Shown here: positions 1 through 33,986 of the stretch, in pieces | Numbering within the stretch: the first letter of the stretch is position 1 | How the letters are laid out: every line of letters starts with the position of its first letter | The notes under the pieces: model-generated | The model's database searches: none | What the model saw: only the letters and a program-made list of their open reading frames with translations | Told to the model about the DNA's origin: nothing | Made by a program: the position numbers and the translations under genes | Assembly (NCBI GenBank): GCA_020137815.1 | Contig: CM035355.1 | Coordinates: 1,240,001 to 1,304,000, forward strand | DNA length: 64,000 nt | Source: Hormiphora californensis | Lineage: Eukaryota; Animalia; Ctenophora | Direction of reading: 5' to 3'

Positions 1-596
1 CTCCCCTCAGATAGGAACTATATGCCAGTAGATAAGTGTGTGCATTGGCCATTGAGTTTTTAAAAATATTTAATAAGAGAATAATTAATTAATTAATTTG
101 ATATGAGTAAATACTGTTAATTAATAGTTTAATCAAGATAAAATCAGAGTTATATTGTACAGGTGATCAGATTAATTTAAAATAAGTCAGATAAGATTTA
201 CAGTTGGTATAAAAATAAATTATATAATTATATATATATAAAAAAACAGCCCGTAAAAAACTAGAAAAGGTAAAAAAAAATTACGTCAGGATAAAGTAAA
301 TTACTGAAGATGCTAACAGATGGGTGAGTGAAGTGAACGATGGAGATTAATATATACTGTGCTATCTAATTATAGACTTTATCGAAAAGGTGGGTCTTTA
401 ATCGCTTCTTAAACACTTCAGTAGAATCTGACTAACCTACTCGGGATATCTCTAGGAGGCTATTCCATAGTTTTAGGAGCAACCAATGCTAATCATACTA
501 TAATAATTATAACGTTTTGATTATCTCGTAAGCACTGTAATGGCGAAACAAGCTATGTGTAATTGATTAACTGAAAACATCTGGAGTAGGTTTTAC

Positions 597-714
597 CTTG
601 ATATTTTCATGGGCCAGTTTGTTAGCGTCCTCTAAAGAGAGATCTTTCCATAGTGCTTTCTCATCATCAGTCATCTGTATCACTAGCGGCACATCAAACA
701 CCTCTTGCAGCCAT
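597..714 (-). CDS. WARS1: Internal exon of cytosolic tryptophanyl-tRNA synthetase
   Basis: AG/GT-bounded 118-nt exon translating [39 protein letters not shown], close to the conserved eukaryotic TrpRS segment [26 protein letters not shown]. No other WARS exon was recognised in the window. Confidence 0.88.
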
Positions 715-804
715 CTAGTGGGAGGGGGGGTTAGAAATCAGATGGTCTGTTCGCTGTTTCCCAGCCCAGTTACTGTTACAACAGAGCGAATCAGGAATTC
801 CCCG

Positions 805-976
805 GACATCACACTTTGAGAAATGCTGCAGCCAGACGGCACACCGGAGATGTGAATTTGACACTGCCAGGTGCATCACTGTGTTACCCTCTGTATCTTT
901 ACTGAGATCCTCGAACCCCAAACTCAACCAGCCATCTGATAACCTCCTTGTGTCCTTTACTGGCGGCGTGGTGCAC
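805..976 (-). CDS. Ankyrin-repeat exon fragment (one apparent frameshift)
   Basis: Follows a ctcag acceptor and reads HHAASKGHKEVIRWLVE, then a 1-nt shift in GAGTTTGGGG (about 915-925), then GFEDLSKDTEGNTVMHLAVSNSHLRCAVWL. Both parts fit the ankyrin G-T-P-L-H-x-A consensus. Confidence 0.7.
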
Positions 977-1276
977 TGAGGAGAATTTAGGGGTTAATTT
1001 AGGATAATTTAGGATTTATTTAGGAGTTAATTTAATTAATGATTTAATCTTAGAGTACGTCTTATATTTAGGGTGCAGTGCTATTTAGGAGTTCCAATTT
1101 AGGCGTAGTCGTCCCTTCCGCGTGATTCCACACGTGAGTTAACATCTTTTCTCTGGAGTTGTATGGCGCGGCTTTAGCTCTTTATCTGACCCCTTTACAT
1201 TTTAGGAGTTATTAGTAGATAATTTAGCAAAAACCAAAAGGGGGGGGGCCCAAAAAAGGGAAGTAAAAAAAGGGGG

Positions 1277-22461
<21,185 letters not shown>

Positions 22462-23751
22462 GTTGCTATGAATATGATAATTGTCAGATAATTATATGTA
22501 GTGAATGAAGAGAGAAGGTTTGGCAGATCAAGGGAGTATTAGTTTACTAGAATAACTGTTCATGTAATATGAAATAAACACGATCATTCATATTGCAGTT
22601 TTCTTTTTACTCTAAATTTGAGTGTTATTGGAACCAAAAAGTTTGTCATGGTTCGCTTGTTTCACCTGTTCTAAACCTTTTTGGAGTGAGTCTTCCTTTT
22701 TCTTTTTGGATTCTTTCTCTCACTTTCAGTCCTTTTATCACACATCAACTCTCCCTCAAGAACTATCCAACAGTTCTATTTTTCCAACTCTCTCTCCCTG
22801 TCTATACGTCTAACTCCCATTCTCTCCCTCCCTCTCCCATTCTCTCCCTCCCTCTCCCATTATCTCTCCCTCCCCGGCAAACACACATCATCAGTTATCT
22901 AACACACATCCCTCGTGATGCTATTCTGGACGCCCGTTAGTGATAGAGAGGGAGGGAGGGAGGCAGAGAGGGATGGAGGGAGAGAGGGAGGGAGGGAGAC
23001 AGAAAATAAAGAGGGAGAGAAAAAGGGAGAGCGAGCGAGATGGACAGGGGAGAATAAGCGGCCCATTACGCCTCCTCCCCAGGTAATGGCCGCCTCCTCC
23101 CCCGGCTAACCAAGCACCGTGTTCGAGAGCTTACGCCTGTTACCCTGTTACCGCAGAGCACCGCGTTGCCTCTTCCACAAGTCATCTTTGCTCTCTCTGC
23201 TCTCTCTTTCCATCATATAGCTGGATGGTCCACCACAGAGCGCTCAGTTCTTCGTCTGCGTTTTGCAAACCGTTACTGATCCTAGGCAGCTCTAAAAAGT
23301 TTACCAATTTTGTCTAATTCCATGTTGGTATCTGACTAGAATTCATTAGTCAAGCTGATTTCAATTATTGGTTTTATTATTAAAAAGTATTAGCTTATCT
23401 ACTGCTCAAACCAACTGCCCCGTCAATTGATCTAATGAAAATCTCTTACAACTTTAGATTTTATTAACAAGTCTTTTTGAGCAAATATTTCTAGCTCCTA
23501 CTTTCCTGGAGCTCTCCTCTGCCTCTTTTATAATCACAAAATATATTATTATATAGGATCGATGTCGAGACGAACTGTATCCTTTCCCTGTTCCCAACCA
23601 CAAAACCCACTCACACTCACACTCACACACTCACACACACACACTCACACACATATTACAGACAAATAACATGACACATGTTACATTATTTACTATCAAA
23701 GATTGACGAAACGACTATTAAAATTTCAGCAGCACTAACATCATACCTCAG

Positions 23752-26700
23752 ATCTTGAAGGATACGATCAGTTGACAACTACTGTAAAAATCAGTGGAAG
23801 TGACACTGAAGTAACCGAACTCACCGATCTCAACCTTCAAACTGTAGCACCTGGAATAATTGCAGGTTAGTAAAAATCTACCTGGTTCATTTGTACATCC
23901 TAAGGCTAGCCTAGAGAGATTATCAATCTCGTAAATTTAGAATTCTAAACAAAACTGTATATTTAGCTATAACCATTATCCAGGGGTGAACTAATACCCA
24001 TTATTTCAGCGAGTTCTGCCACTGTTACATTAGACCTGGAGGGCGATGATGTATACGGTATCTACAAGATTATGATATACGGCAAAGAAACTAATACAGA
24101 CGTCTCTGGCTGGACGGTATGTTAAACATAGGTTTTATACATACAGTCGGACCCCGATTTACCGGGATCCTCGGGGGAAGCCATTTTGCCCGGTAAATCG
24201 GGGTGCCCGGTATATCGGGGTAGAGCATATTTGACCCATAAATCCTACTTTTGTCCAAAATTCTATACCAAGATACCTCTAACTGTATAGTATACATTTA
24301 TTGATGACAATATGATCATTGCTTCTGTCATTAGAAATAGAAAATTTAAAAAATTCAAAAAAAATTGTAAAAACTTTTTCTTAGGTAAACCACCCCGACC
24401 GAGTCTGAATCGTGTTTCGAATCGGTGCATCTTATCACATGTCCTGCCACTAATTAGACGGTTCGAAACGAACCGATACGTGATACCATGCCGAATCTGG
24501 GCACCCTAAGCGGGGTGAGGAAGTATCAAAGTTTCAAAATAACTTTTTCTCTGAAAATTTACGGGGAGCATCGATCAAAGCATTGACAATGATTCTGTAA
24601 AATTTTGCAAAAATAGTTATGAAATGTTTCTAAGGCATACCAGACACGTTCGAATCGTGTTTCGAATCGGTACAATTTATCACGTGTCCTGCCGCTAATT
24701 AGACGGTTTGAAACGAACCGATACGTGATACCATGCCGAATCTGGGCACCCTAAGCGGGGTGAGGAAGTATCACAGTTTCAAAATAACTTTTTCTCTGAA
24801 AATTTACGGGGAGCATCGATCAAAGCATTGACAATGATTCTGTAAAATTTTGCAAAAAAGTTATGAAATTTTTCTTAGGCATACCAGACACGTTCGAATC
24901 GTGTTTCGAATCGGTACAATTTATCACGTGTCCTGCCGCTAATTAGACGGTTTGAAACGAACCGATACGTGATCCCCATTAGACCTAGCGAATTGCAAAT
25001 GCAAGTTTACCAACCGGCAAAACTTCGAAAATTTTGCAAAAAAAATCGGGGGAAAGAAATCCTCCCGGTAAATCGGGGTTCCGGTAAATCGGGGCCCGGT
25101 AAATCGGGGTCCGACTGTACTTTGCTAAGAGCCTACTGCAAACTTAAAACTTAATAACCGACAACAGCTTTAGTTTCACTTTTATCAGGGCCATTATATT
25201 ATCATGGAATGACTATATATTATATTATATGTATATTCAATTAATATGCTGTCACCTTCCAATATTTATTTTATTGAACATCATCTTCGAGACCCAAAAT
25301 TAGAGGGTAACTCTTCACTCCCTTCACAGGCGACTGCAAAGATAGACTTAGCCAGCAGTCCTGCACCAGGTAGTCAGAACGCCGAAGACTCCACGGCCTG
25401 TGGGGTGGAATCCACGGGAACTGACTATTTCACTTTCACCTGTACCATGGTGACAGCTGCAACATCAATTGAGCTGGAAACGTCCTCCGCTAAGGCAGAC
25501 CTAGCTGAGGTTGTTGTTGCAGGGCTGCTGTGGACAGAGTTTCCAGTTCAGCCCGGTACTAAATCATCCACGGGGAAGATGAGCCTAGTTGCAAAGGATG
25601 CACCTTCGGACTGTCAAGTACCGGATTACCAAGACATTGAGGGGATGACTTTTTGTAGGAGTGCAAAATGTAAGTTTCAAAATCTACACACCACATTCAA
25701 CGTCACGTTAGTAGGGGGAAATTTTGGCACAGTTCTCTCCATAGCAATAATCACAAACCTCCTAGCAACAATTAACAAAGCTCCATAACAACAACTAACA
25801 TAATTCTTCCTTTTCAGATAAAATCGTCCCAGGAATATCGGACGGGAAGTTTGACACCTTCAGAAAAGCCAGTTCAATTTCGATAACTTTTGATGGTGAT
25901 GGTTTTGAGCTCCACGACATTGTTATTTATAACATAAACTACGATGATTTTAACGGTGATCAGAGCAGTACCTCAAACAATGAAAAGGAAGTTGTAACAT
26001 GTGCCGCCAGCCAGACAGCGTAAGTTATACAAGGGTTAATACACAATGTGGTAAATGATGTGAGTCTTGATAATTATTACTAATTAACTAATAATTAATT
26101 ATTTCTATTAAATATTAACTAATCCTCAGTTATGAAGCTGCAGACTGTGTAGGTATGATCAACGAGGCAGGCGTGACGGTAACAACAACTAACGCTGAGG
26201 GAGATGAAACTAAAAATTTCGGGAGTGCTATAACCAGCAACACCGGGAAAAGTCGGCGATCCCAGACATACAGGATAAAAGATACTGCAGTTGTGGTCAA
26301 AAAGATAACCTTCAGTCAAGACTTTTACCTCGCAGATATCAATGTTTATGGGGGTAAGTTTTCGAAACTTACCTTAAACATAGCTATATTTTAAACTTAA
26401 ACAATGCAGGTTGTTGTTATTGCTGGGTGTTTCTATTTTTCAAATGTTTTTTTTCAGCATTTGTATCTTCCACGGATAACCACTGGACCTATCAGAATAA
26501 TGTTAAGGCAAAGGGAGTATTGACCTGTGAAATAAATAAAGTTGCTTCAAGTGGACTCGATAGCTGTGAAGATTGTCCAAAGGTACACCCTAAGTTTTAG
26601 AATTTTAACTTTTGAATTGGTAGTTCGTTAGCGGCATACCTATTGTATATTGAAATCTTACAACAAAATTCAAAACTATCTGTTGCGATCCGCAGTATCA

Positions 26701-29700
26701 TTATTCTTCCCTCACTCGGCTGGAAAAGCCTCTTTATATTACTAATGCCTTATACCCGTTACTGTTAGTCAAGCTACAACTATAACAACTTCCGTTGCAA
26801 TAGCTTACAAATTCCATCACCATTATGACAAATTCTTTCAGGGAACCAACTGGAAGACAGCCTTTGGTGTGAGTGGTGATCCCGCTGGATCAGAGCTAGT
26901 CAGTTGCCCCAAGTGTACAGCGGGACAATATAGCACTGGGGGATCAATGGAATGCACCGACTGTACACCAGGGAGCATAACAAACACGGAAGGCCAATTC
27001 GAGTGTACAAAGTGTTCAGCGGTAAGATAATCAACGGCCGGCCAGGATTGATAGATCATCCATGAAACTATTTTAATCAAAAAATGCAAAAAATATTATC
27101 ATTTTAGGAAAACCGTACTAAATTTGATCATAACTAATGTATTATCTGCAGGGGACCGTTAGTCGTAATTCAGGAAACGATCTCAGTACGACCGAATGTA
27201 CACAATGTCCAGCCGGGTTCATAGCAGCAACGGAGGGATTGGATGAATGTACCAATTGCACTGACGCTCTTCAGTACAGCAACTCAGATCACACAGCGTG
27301 TGTGATTCCTGTCTTAAGGTATGTGACACTAGAAATATATCCCCCAGAGAACTGATGTTTAGAAAAGGTCAACCAAACTTTAAACATATCCCCTAATATT
27401 GCTAATATCATTTAGGGTCAGGAGCGGAATGCCGCAAGGGACTGGATGTGAACGACTGTGGTAAGGGGAAATACCGGCCGGACACAACCACTGACAAACA
27501 GTGTATGAGGTGTGGTCCAGGAGAGTATACTGATGACGTAGGACAGTTTGAGTGCAAAGTTTGCGAAGATGTAAGTCTTTAATTATAAGTTATCATAAAA
27601 ATTTAGGACTGCACCTGAATAAAATAATATCTCCCCTAATATAATCTCATTATTGAAATCCCAAACTTGTTCCGTCCCAGTTATTGAAATCTTCTATTCG
27701 ACAAACTCTTCGAGCCATGCAAGACCCTCTCCCGGCTCCCTCTCTAGCGTATGCAATGGGATTCTAACTACACTAAATATCATTACAGGGGTACCAACCA
27801 AACCCAAATAAAGATGGCTGCTATATTTGCCCAATTGGGATGAAGAAGAGCTCGACAGACACAGAATGTGAGAGCTGCACTATCGGTTATCACACATCCG
27901 GACAAGAGGGCGCCACTGAATGCACCCCTTGCGATCCAGTAAGTGTCTTGTAGCATTGACACTTGTCAATGATATGTACCATATATACTGGTCAATGATA
28001 TGATCATGTTTGATTTATATTAGTTGCAGTCGTTACACGATATATAGGAGCACTAAGTTAAGCAATAATAGTTTTGTGTCTAAGACCTATATACAGTCGG
28101 ACCAATATTTACCGGGCCCCGATTTACTCTACTAAGAAGAATAAACTTACCCCGATATAGGAAATTAACGGTATTTGACCCTGATACATCCCCAGGTAGA
28201 CCTCGTTCACCCGGGCATAAATGTAAATTGGGGTCCGACTGTATCATGAACAGGGTTATCATGTGTTTGCAGCATACCCACTGCTCATACAATCTATCCG
28301 CAGGGCTACAAAGGAGTAGAAATCACATCAGGTGGTATTGCCAGTAAAAAAGCGTTCGAGTGTGTGGCCTGTGAAAAGGGGGAATACAATTCTGAAGAGG
28401 GTAATGACACATGTACCCCATGTTCCGATACCACCGTAGCCACGGAGACAGCAATGCCAGAGTGCAGGTTATGTGCTCTGGGGACAGTCAGGGTGAATAG
28501 CACGCACTGTGAAGACTGCCTGCCGGGACAATACAACGATGACCAGACAATAACCCAGGATAGCTGTCCTGTGTGCCCATACAATCATTTCTCAACTCAG
28601 AGTAAGTGCTATCACGATACTAAAACACCCTTTACAAAACCATGATATAATAAAACTCACTGTTTCATATCAAGGCAAAAGCTGTTAACAAATTATCTTT
28701 TGCAGAAAATTCTCACACGTGCACAAAATGCGGTGAACACGAGTATGCTGAAATTGGGAAAACTGAATGTAAGGATTGTTCCGACTTCGGTGATCTGAAA
28801 GCTGCCCTCGAAGCTAAGCCTAACGATGTGACAGTTCAAAAATGCGTCGGTAAGTGCTACAAGAGTCGAACATATCGATTATCATAAGATCAAGTTTATA
28901 ATAAGATCTTTACCGCGTCTCACCATCAAAGTTATAATTAATAAATCACTACTTTCACCCCAGCGGACAAGGGTGCAGCGTGTGAGGCGGTTAACATCAC
29001 CGACTCATACGGCACATACAATTTGCCATTCCTGTTTAACGATGATTCTGTCACCGAGGATTGTGTATACGACGATCCCTCTGAAAAACGGAAGGCGAAG
29101 TTCTTTTGCGAGATTGATCCTCTTGACAAGACTAAGGCTTACTACACATCCGAGTACGGATGTTTCAAGACAGCAGACACTGAAAAATATGATGCACTTG
29201 CAAACAATGCAGAAAATGAGGTAATAAAAACATTCATTTTTTGGACAAAGGAAAATTTGAGATAAGCCCTTAACATAAATAACACTTATCATAACTTGTC
29301 CCTAATATTTATTAACATATGATTTTACCAGATAGCCAAAGACCCCGAAAAAGCGACCGCTGACCTTGAGGCATTAACAAACTCTTCTGGCGATGGAGCT
29401 GGCTTGGCTGATTTGGCGGCAACCACTGGTTTCCTTGACATTCTAACAGCACCCGCTCCTGAGGGATCTAAAAATGCGACAGTAATATCTCCAGAGGCCA
29501 CTAAGAATGTTATCAATGCAGTCAGTAATCTTGCAGCCGGGAACATGCAGTCCACTGACATCGCCGAAGCCGTTGCTGTTTGCGATAAGTAAGTTATGGG
29601 ATATTTATTCTGAATTTAACATTTTCTCTTCAATCTTCAAGAATTTTCCAATCATGATTTCTTACAGGATGGTCAGCAGTCTGAAGGCCATTGCCAAGGC

Positions 29701-32700
29701 TACAGAGTCCGAAGGTCTTGTCAAATCGCCAAATCTTGCGATATTAAAGACCCCAGCAAAAACCGATGATACAAGTGGAGCTCCTAAGGTTTCACTCAGT
29801 TTCAATCTGGGAGATCCAGACGACCTGACATCCATGTCTCTTGATGATGCGGGCGGTGAAAGTGCTGAACCGAAAGAGCCTTCTGTTGCGGTGAGTAGTA
29901 ATTGAGTTGGCTTTAACTAGGCTAAAAGACATATTGTCTTTGCCAGAAGTCACCAAACCAACAATAATTTCAGATCGAATCTGGAGCCGCATCCATATCT
30001 GTTGTTATACTGAAAGACGACAGTTTCTTCCCTACTAAAGTCTCTGTGAGATTACCTAAAAGTGATAATAAGGTAAGTGATTGACAAAATCACATTGTTT
30101 CCAATTAGTCATTATTTTATCCACCACCGCCCCCTTTTTAACCCCCACCCCTTCCTCTAGTCTGCCCTCGAAGAGGCCCTATGGGATTCTATGACAGCCA
30201 GTTCAAACAGCAGCTCAAATGATACGGGCAACACGGAGGTCTCAAAGAGTATCATCGTCAACTCGATCATTCTAGAGGTGGATATGGGAGATTCTCCTGC
30301 AGGCACAACTCTTGATCTGTTTATCAAACCAGCCTTCCAAGTGGTAAGAAGGAAACACTCGAAAATTACAAAAATCGAGAAAAAGAATTTTGTGGCTAAC
30401 TACATATCTTGATTATCTAACGGTATCTCTCCTAACAGGGTGGTCCAGATTCTAGTAAGAGCGTTATAGATGGGTACAGAAAGGTGCAGATAGTCTACAA
30501 ATGCGGTGTGTATATGCCCAAGGAGGGGGTCTGGGACATGGACAGTTGTCAGACGGTATATGATGAGATGAGGGTGGATGCTGGTGTGATGTGTCGCTGC
30601 GATCATAACACTAGCTTTGCAGTTCTTATGGTAAGTGAGCTGAAAACACAGAGAAAGAGAGAGAGGGAGAGATAGGGAAATCTCCTCCTTGCATGTTTCC
30701 ATCCGAGCTGTTAAATATTCATCATATATTCACCTAATTATATCTCCCAGGCGGCGGAAGAAATTGATCCGGGGTATCTGGAATCCCAGAGTATAATGTC
30801 CAAGGCGTTCCTGGGGGCCTCAATCCTGGGTCTTTTCGCTACCATAGGTCTCATCCTTCCTGCAAGTGCCGTGGCCAAGTCAAGATCTGCCAAGGTTAAC
30901 ATGTGCTTCTCCTTCACCCTCCTACTCGCATCGATCATGTTCCTGATCCAGGATTTCCTTGTCAAGGCAGACAACACGGGAGTTATCAAACTGGTATGTC
31001 TCTAGTTTAGTTATCAAACTGGTATGTTTCTAGTTTAGTTATCAAACTGGTACGTTTTGATTAGGGAGAGGAAACCAATATTGGTGTTCATCATGCGTTT
31101 ACCAAACTATAATTTCCCTTCTTTCAGCAATCAGTCCCGTGTGCTGTCTACACCATGATCCAGCACTACCTGTGGCTGGTTGTGTTCATGTGGACGCTTA
31201 TTGAAGGGTTCCTCATGTACCTCTCTCTGGTCCAGGTCTTTGGTTCTCACATCTCCAAATACATGCTGAAGTTCAACCTTGCAGCCTGGCTAATCCCCCT
31301 TCCCCTCCCGATTATCGGTTACTTTGTTTTCACTAAAACCCACATTGTGGGTGGCGTGGAGGCCATCGAACACAACTACATGGCAGACTCTATGTAAGTG
31401 TAATGGGGATAAATCAATCAGTAAATTATAGCAACTAATCGAGTTGTCCATTCTCTAACCTTACTTTACGTATCCAGGTGTTTTCTGAAACCAAAAACCA
31501 TCTCCTTCTTCGCTCTGTTCTTCGGGCCTCTGGTACTAGCCATCCTGGTTAACCTGGTGTTCTTCGCCTTGGTTCTCAAGGTTATACGATCGTCAAAGAA
31601 TGCCAATCTGAGTGACCGTGAACTCTTCTTGGTAAGCACCCTTTATTGGGTTCATTAGAGATTGATATCAACTATTTTTTCCGGTCTAGAGACAGCTAAT
31701 TAACCACCCACCCCTTCAGAGACAGCTAATTTACCACCCACCCCTACAGAGACAGCTAATTAACCACCCCACCCCTTCAGAGACAGCTAATTAACCACCC
31801 CACCCCTTTAGAGTGTCGGATTTTGAAATAATCTTTCCACGTCCATCTTTACTAGACGTATTTTTTCACGCTGATTCCGAATCTGCCATTTATTTTGATC
31901 TACGACCACGTCTTCCCCTGGAGACGCCCTCCTGAATGAATTGCTTGTGCGTCGCGTTGCAGTGCTGTCACTATGCGCTCTCTCTCGCCAATTAGCTGCG
32001 CTCGCAAATTTACACTCAACTGTGCCACCTGAGCTGAGATGGATCTCAACGAAGCTGCTCAGCGGTCAGAAATTTTGAGTTTAAACGCCAAGACAATTAA
32101 GATCCAATCCATCATCAATTGATCATTTGCTAATGAATTGGACCTGTTGCTTGGTTCGTAATTCCAGGTTGAGTTTCAGGAAATATCGATATTTCCTGAA
32201 ACTCAACCTGGGCTGGAATCACGAACCAAACAACAGGAAAAAAGATCTAAAAGGAGAAATACCCAGTTAGGCCATCTAATATAAAATCATTAGGGTGAGT
32301 AGGAAGTGCCCAATCTCATTCACTTTTAGCCGGGGTTATGTCTTCAACACGTGACAAATCACGTGCTTCGAGAAAGAGATTCGATATTTCGATTGTAAAA
32401 ACTAGTATACTTGTTCTTAAGTATATTAAATGTTCTCTACTACTCGCAATAGTTCTCTACTATTTCTCAGATTAAATTATTTCTATCCTTGTTTTTGCCC
32501 AGGGCTTTGAAGAAACTGTTTGACAATACCAAGAAAGCAAGTAAACCTTTGAGATCCATCTCAGGTGACACAGCTGTGTGTAAATTTGCGAGCGCAGCTA
32601 ATTGGCGAGAGAGAGCGCATAGTGACAGCACTGCAACGCGACACACAAGCAATTCATTCAGGAGGGCGTCTCCAGGGGAAGACGTGGTCGTAGATCAAAA

Positions 32701-33417
32701 TAAATGACAGATTCGGAATCAGCGTGAAAAAATACGTCTAGTAAAGATGGAAGAGGAAAGATTATTTCAAAATCCGACACTCTACCACCCCTTCAGAGAC
32801 AGCTAATTAACCACCCACCCCTTCAGAGACAGCTAATTAACCACCCCACCCCTACTACAGAGACAGCTAATTAACCACCCCTCACCCCTACAGAGACAAT
32901 TGAAAGCAGCTGTTGCCGTGATGGTCCTTCTTGGAACAGGCTGGGTAATTGGAATTTTCATGAACATTCCTGAGCCGCATCTGCAGGTCACACTGCAGTA
33001 CATGTTCATTTGTGTTAATGCCACACAGGTCAGTAAATTGGAGACTAATTAACTTTTAATTAACCTTTTTTTAATTTTTAATTAAATCTTAAATAATTTT
33101 TAAACAACTTTAAATTTATCTGATAGCAAGTTTTGATAGCAAGACAGATGCTTACGAATTGTGTACTAATTGTAACCTATCCATTTCAGGGTGTGTTCGT
33201 GTTTTTATTCTATGTGGTACTCAACGACCAGGTTAAGAATTACTGGTTAGAGAAATTCGGGATCTCAACTGCGTCTCCCTCCAAATCAAACGCATCCACA
33301 TCCAAGTCAACGGCAGGGAACGTGTATGCGAACACGACAGCAAAAACGGATGATGACCATACGTATTCAACGGCGGCGGAATTTCCCGCAAAAAATGAGA
33401 ACAATGCAAATATATAA
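23752..33417 (+). CDS. Adhesion GPCR with beta-sandwich-like N-terminal region, Cys-rich (ephrin-receptor-like/TNFR-like) repeats, GAIN/GPS and 7TM; start exon not identified
   Basis: Exons 23752-23865, 24010-24116, 25330-25669, 25818-26019, 26130-26353, 26458-26582, 26842-27021, 27152-27318, 27416-27570, 27789-27938, 28304-28601, 28706-28849, 28964-29220, 29332-29588, 29668-29890, 29974-30072, 30161-30343, 30439-30630 (GPS: CGVY...WDMDSC...CRCDHNTSFAVLM), 30751-30993, 31128-31393 (HYLWLVVFMWTLIEG), 31478-31631, 32894-33028 (LLGTGW), 33190-33417 (QGVFVFLFY, stop). The phase is inconsistent around 27300-27450. Confidence 0.9.
24144..25117. mobile_element. Tc1/mariner-pogo-like MITE, long form (TIR CAGTCGGACCCCGATTTA, TA TSD)
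   Basis: TA-CAGTCGGACCCCGATTTACCGG ... CCGGTAAATCGGGGTCCGACTG-TA, with an internal direct repeat of about 243 bp. Confidence 0.85.
28094..28241. mobile_element. CAGTCGGAC-family MITE
   Basis: Same TIR family, TA flanks. Confidence 0.8.
30981..31058 (+). repeat. 28-bp tandem triplication of an exon end plus 5' splice site
   Basis: agttatcaaactg|gtatgtctctagttt starts at 30981, 31009 and 31037. Confidence 0.85.
31688..32898 (+). repeat. Minisatellite of about 30 bp derived from a 3' splice site, interrupted by a foldback element
   Basis: Units of (c)agagacagctaattaaccacccacccctt(c/a) lie at about 31688-31808 and 32784-32898; the last unit supplies the real acceptor ctacag|AGACAA. Confidence 0.85.
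31811..32782. mobile_element. TA-flanked foldback/MITE with TIRs of about 240 bp and an internal 48-bp perfect palindrome
   Basis: GAGTGTCGGATTTTGAAATAATCTTTCC / GGAAAGATTATTTCAAAATCCGACACTC; palindrome at 32164-32211. Confidence 0.85.
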
Positions 33418-33719
33418 ACTATTTTTAGTTAGAGAGGGCTTTCAGATTTGTAACAGTTATTCTGCTTGTTAGAGTTTTTACATTTTGGCAAAACAAAACA
33501 TTTGTGTTTAGAAATTTGTCTCAGTAGACGGTTATAGTGGGTGAAGGTTCACGGAAGTGCAACAAAATTAAACCCAGTGGTACTTGGGAACAACACACTG
33601 AATCATGGAATCGCGAATAAATTGTTCACCAATCCAAAATTGTTAACCTTGGATACACAATCAATAAAAGACAGATATAGATAAGCTGATACCAATCGCG
33701 GAAACAACAAGAATCATTA

Positions 33720-33986
33720 AAGTCGGATTTTTTGAAGTTGTCACCCCCCCCTTTTCACACGCGGCGTCGTATTTGCGTGTGACAGCCCCAAATTCCTCTC
33801 ACTTTTCGACAAAAAGCTGCATATCATCGGAAAGAGCATAATTTTGTGAGTCCGTAAGTTTTGTTTGACGAAATTGGCGAAGAAACAAAGGCGTGAGAGC
33901 CAAAACAAGCCTTCGACACGTTTCCGACGCGCAAATAAAAACTCGTGCGCCACCCAGGGGGATGACAAATTCAAAAAATCCGACTT
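33720..33986. mobile_element. MITE (TIR AAGTCGGATTTTTTGAA, TA flanks)
   Basis: Inverted ends; a second copy lies at 38737-38887. Confidence 0.8.

Noticed and set aside
27295-27455. Programmed recoding or pseudogenisation of the aGPCR
   Set aside because: Small insertions in TGTGTG and GGG runs would explain the broken CxxC pattern, and all other exons are intact, so sequencing error is likelier. Not proven.
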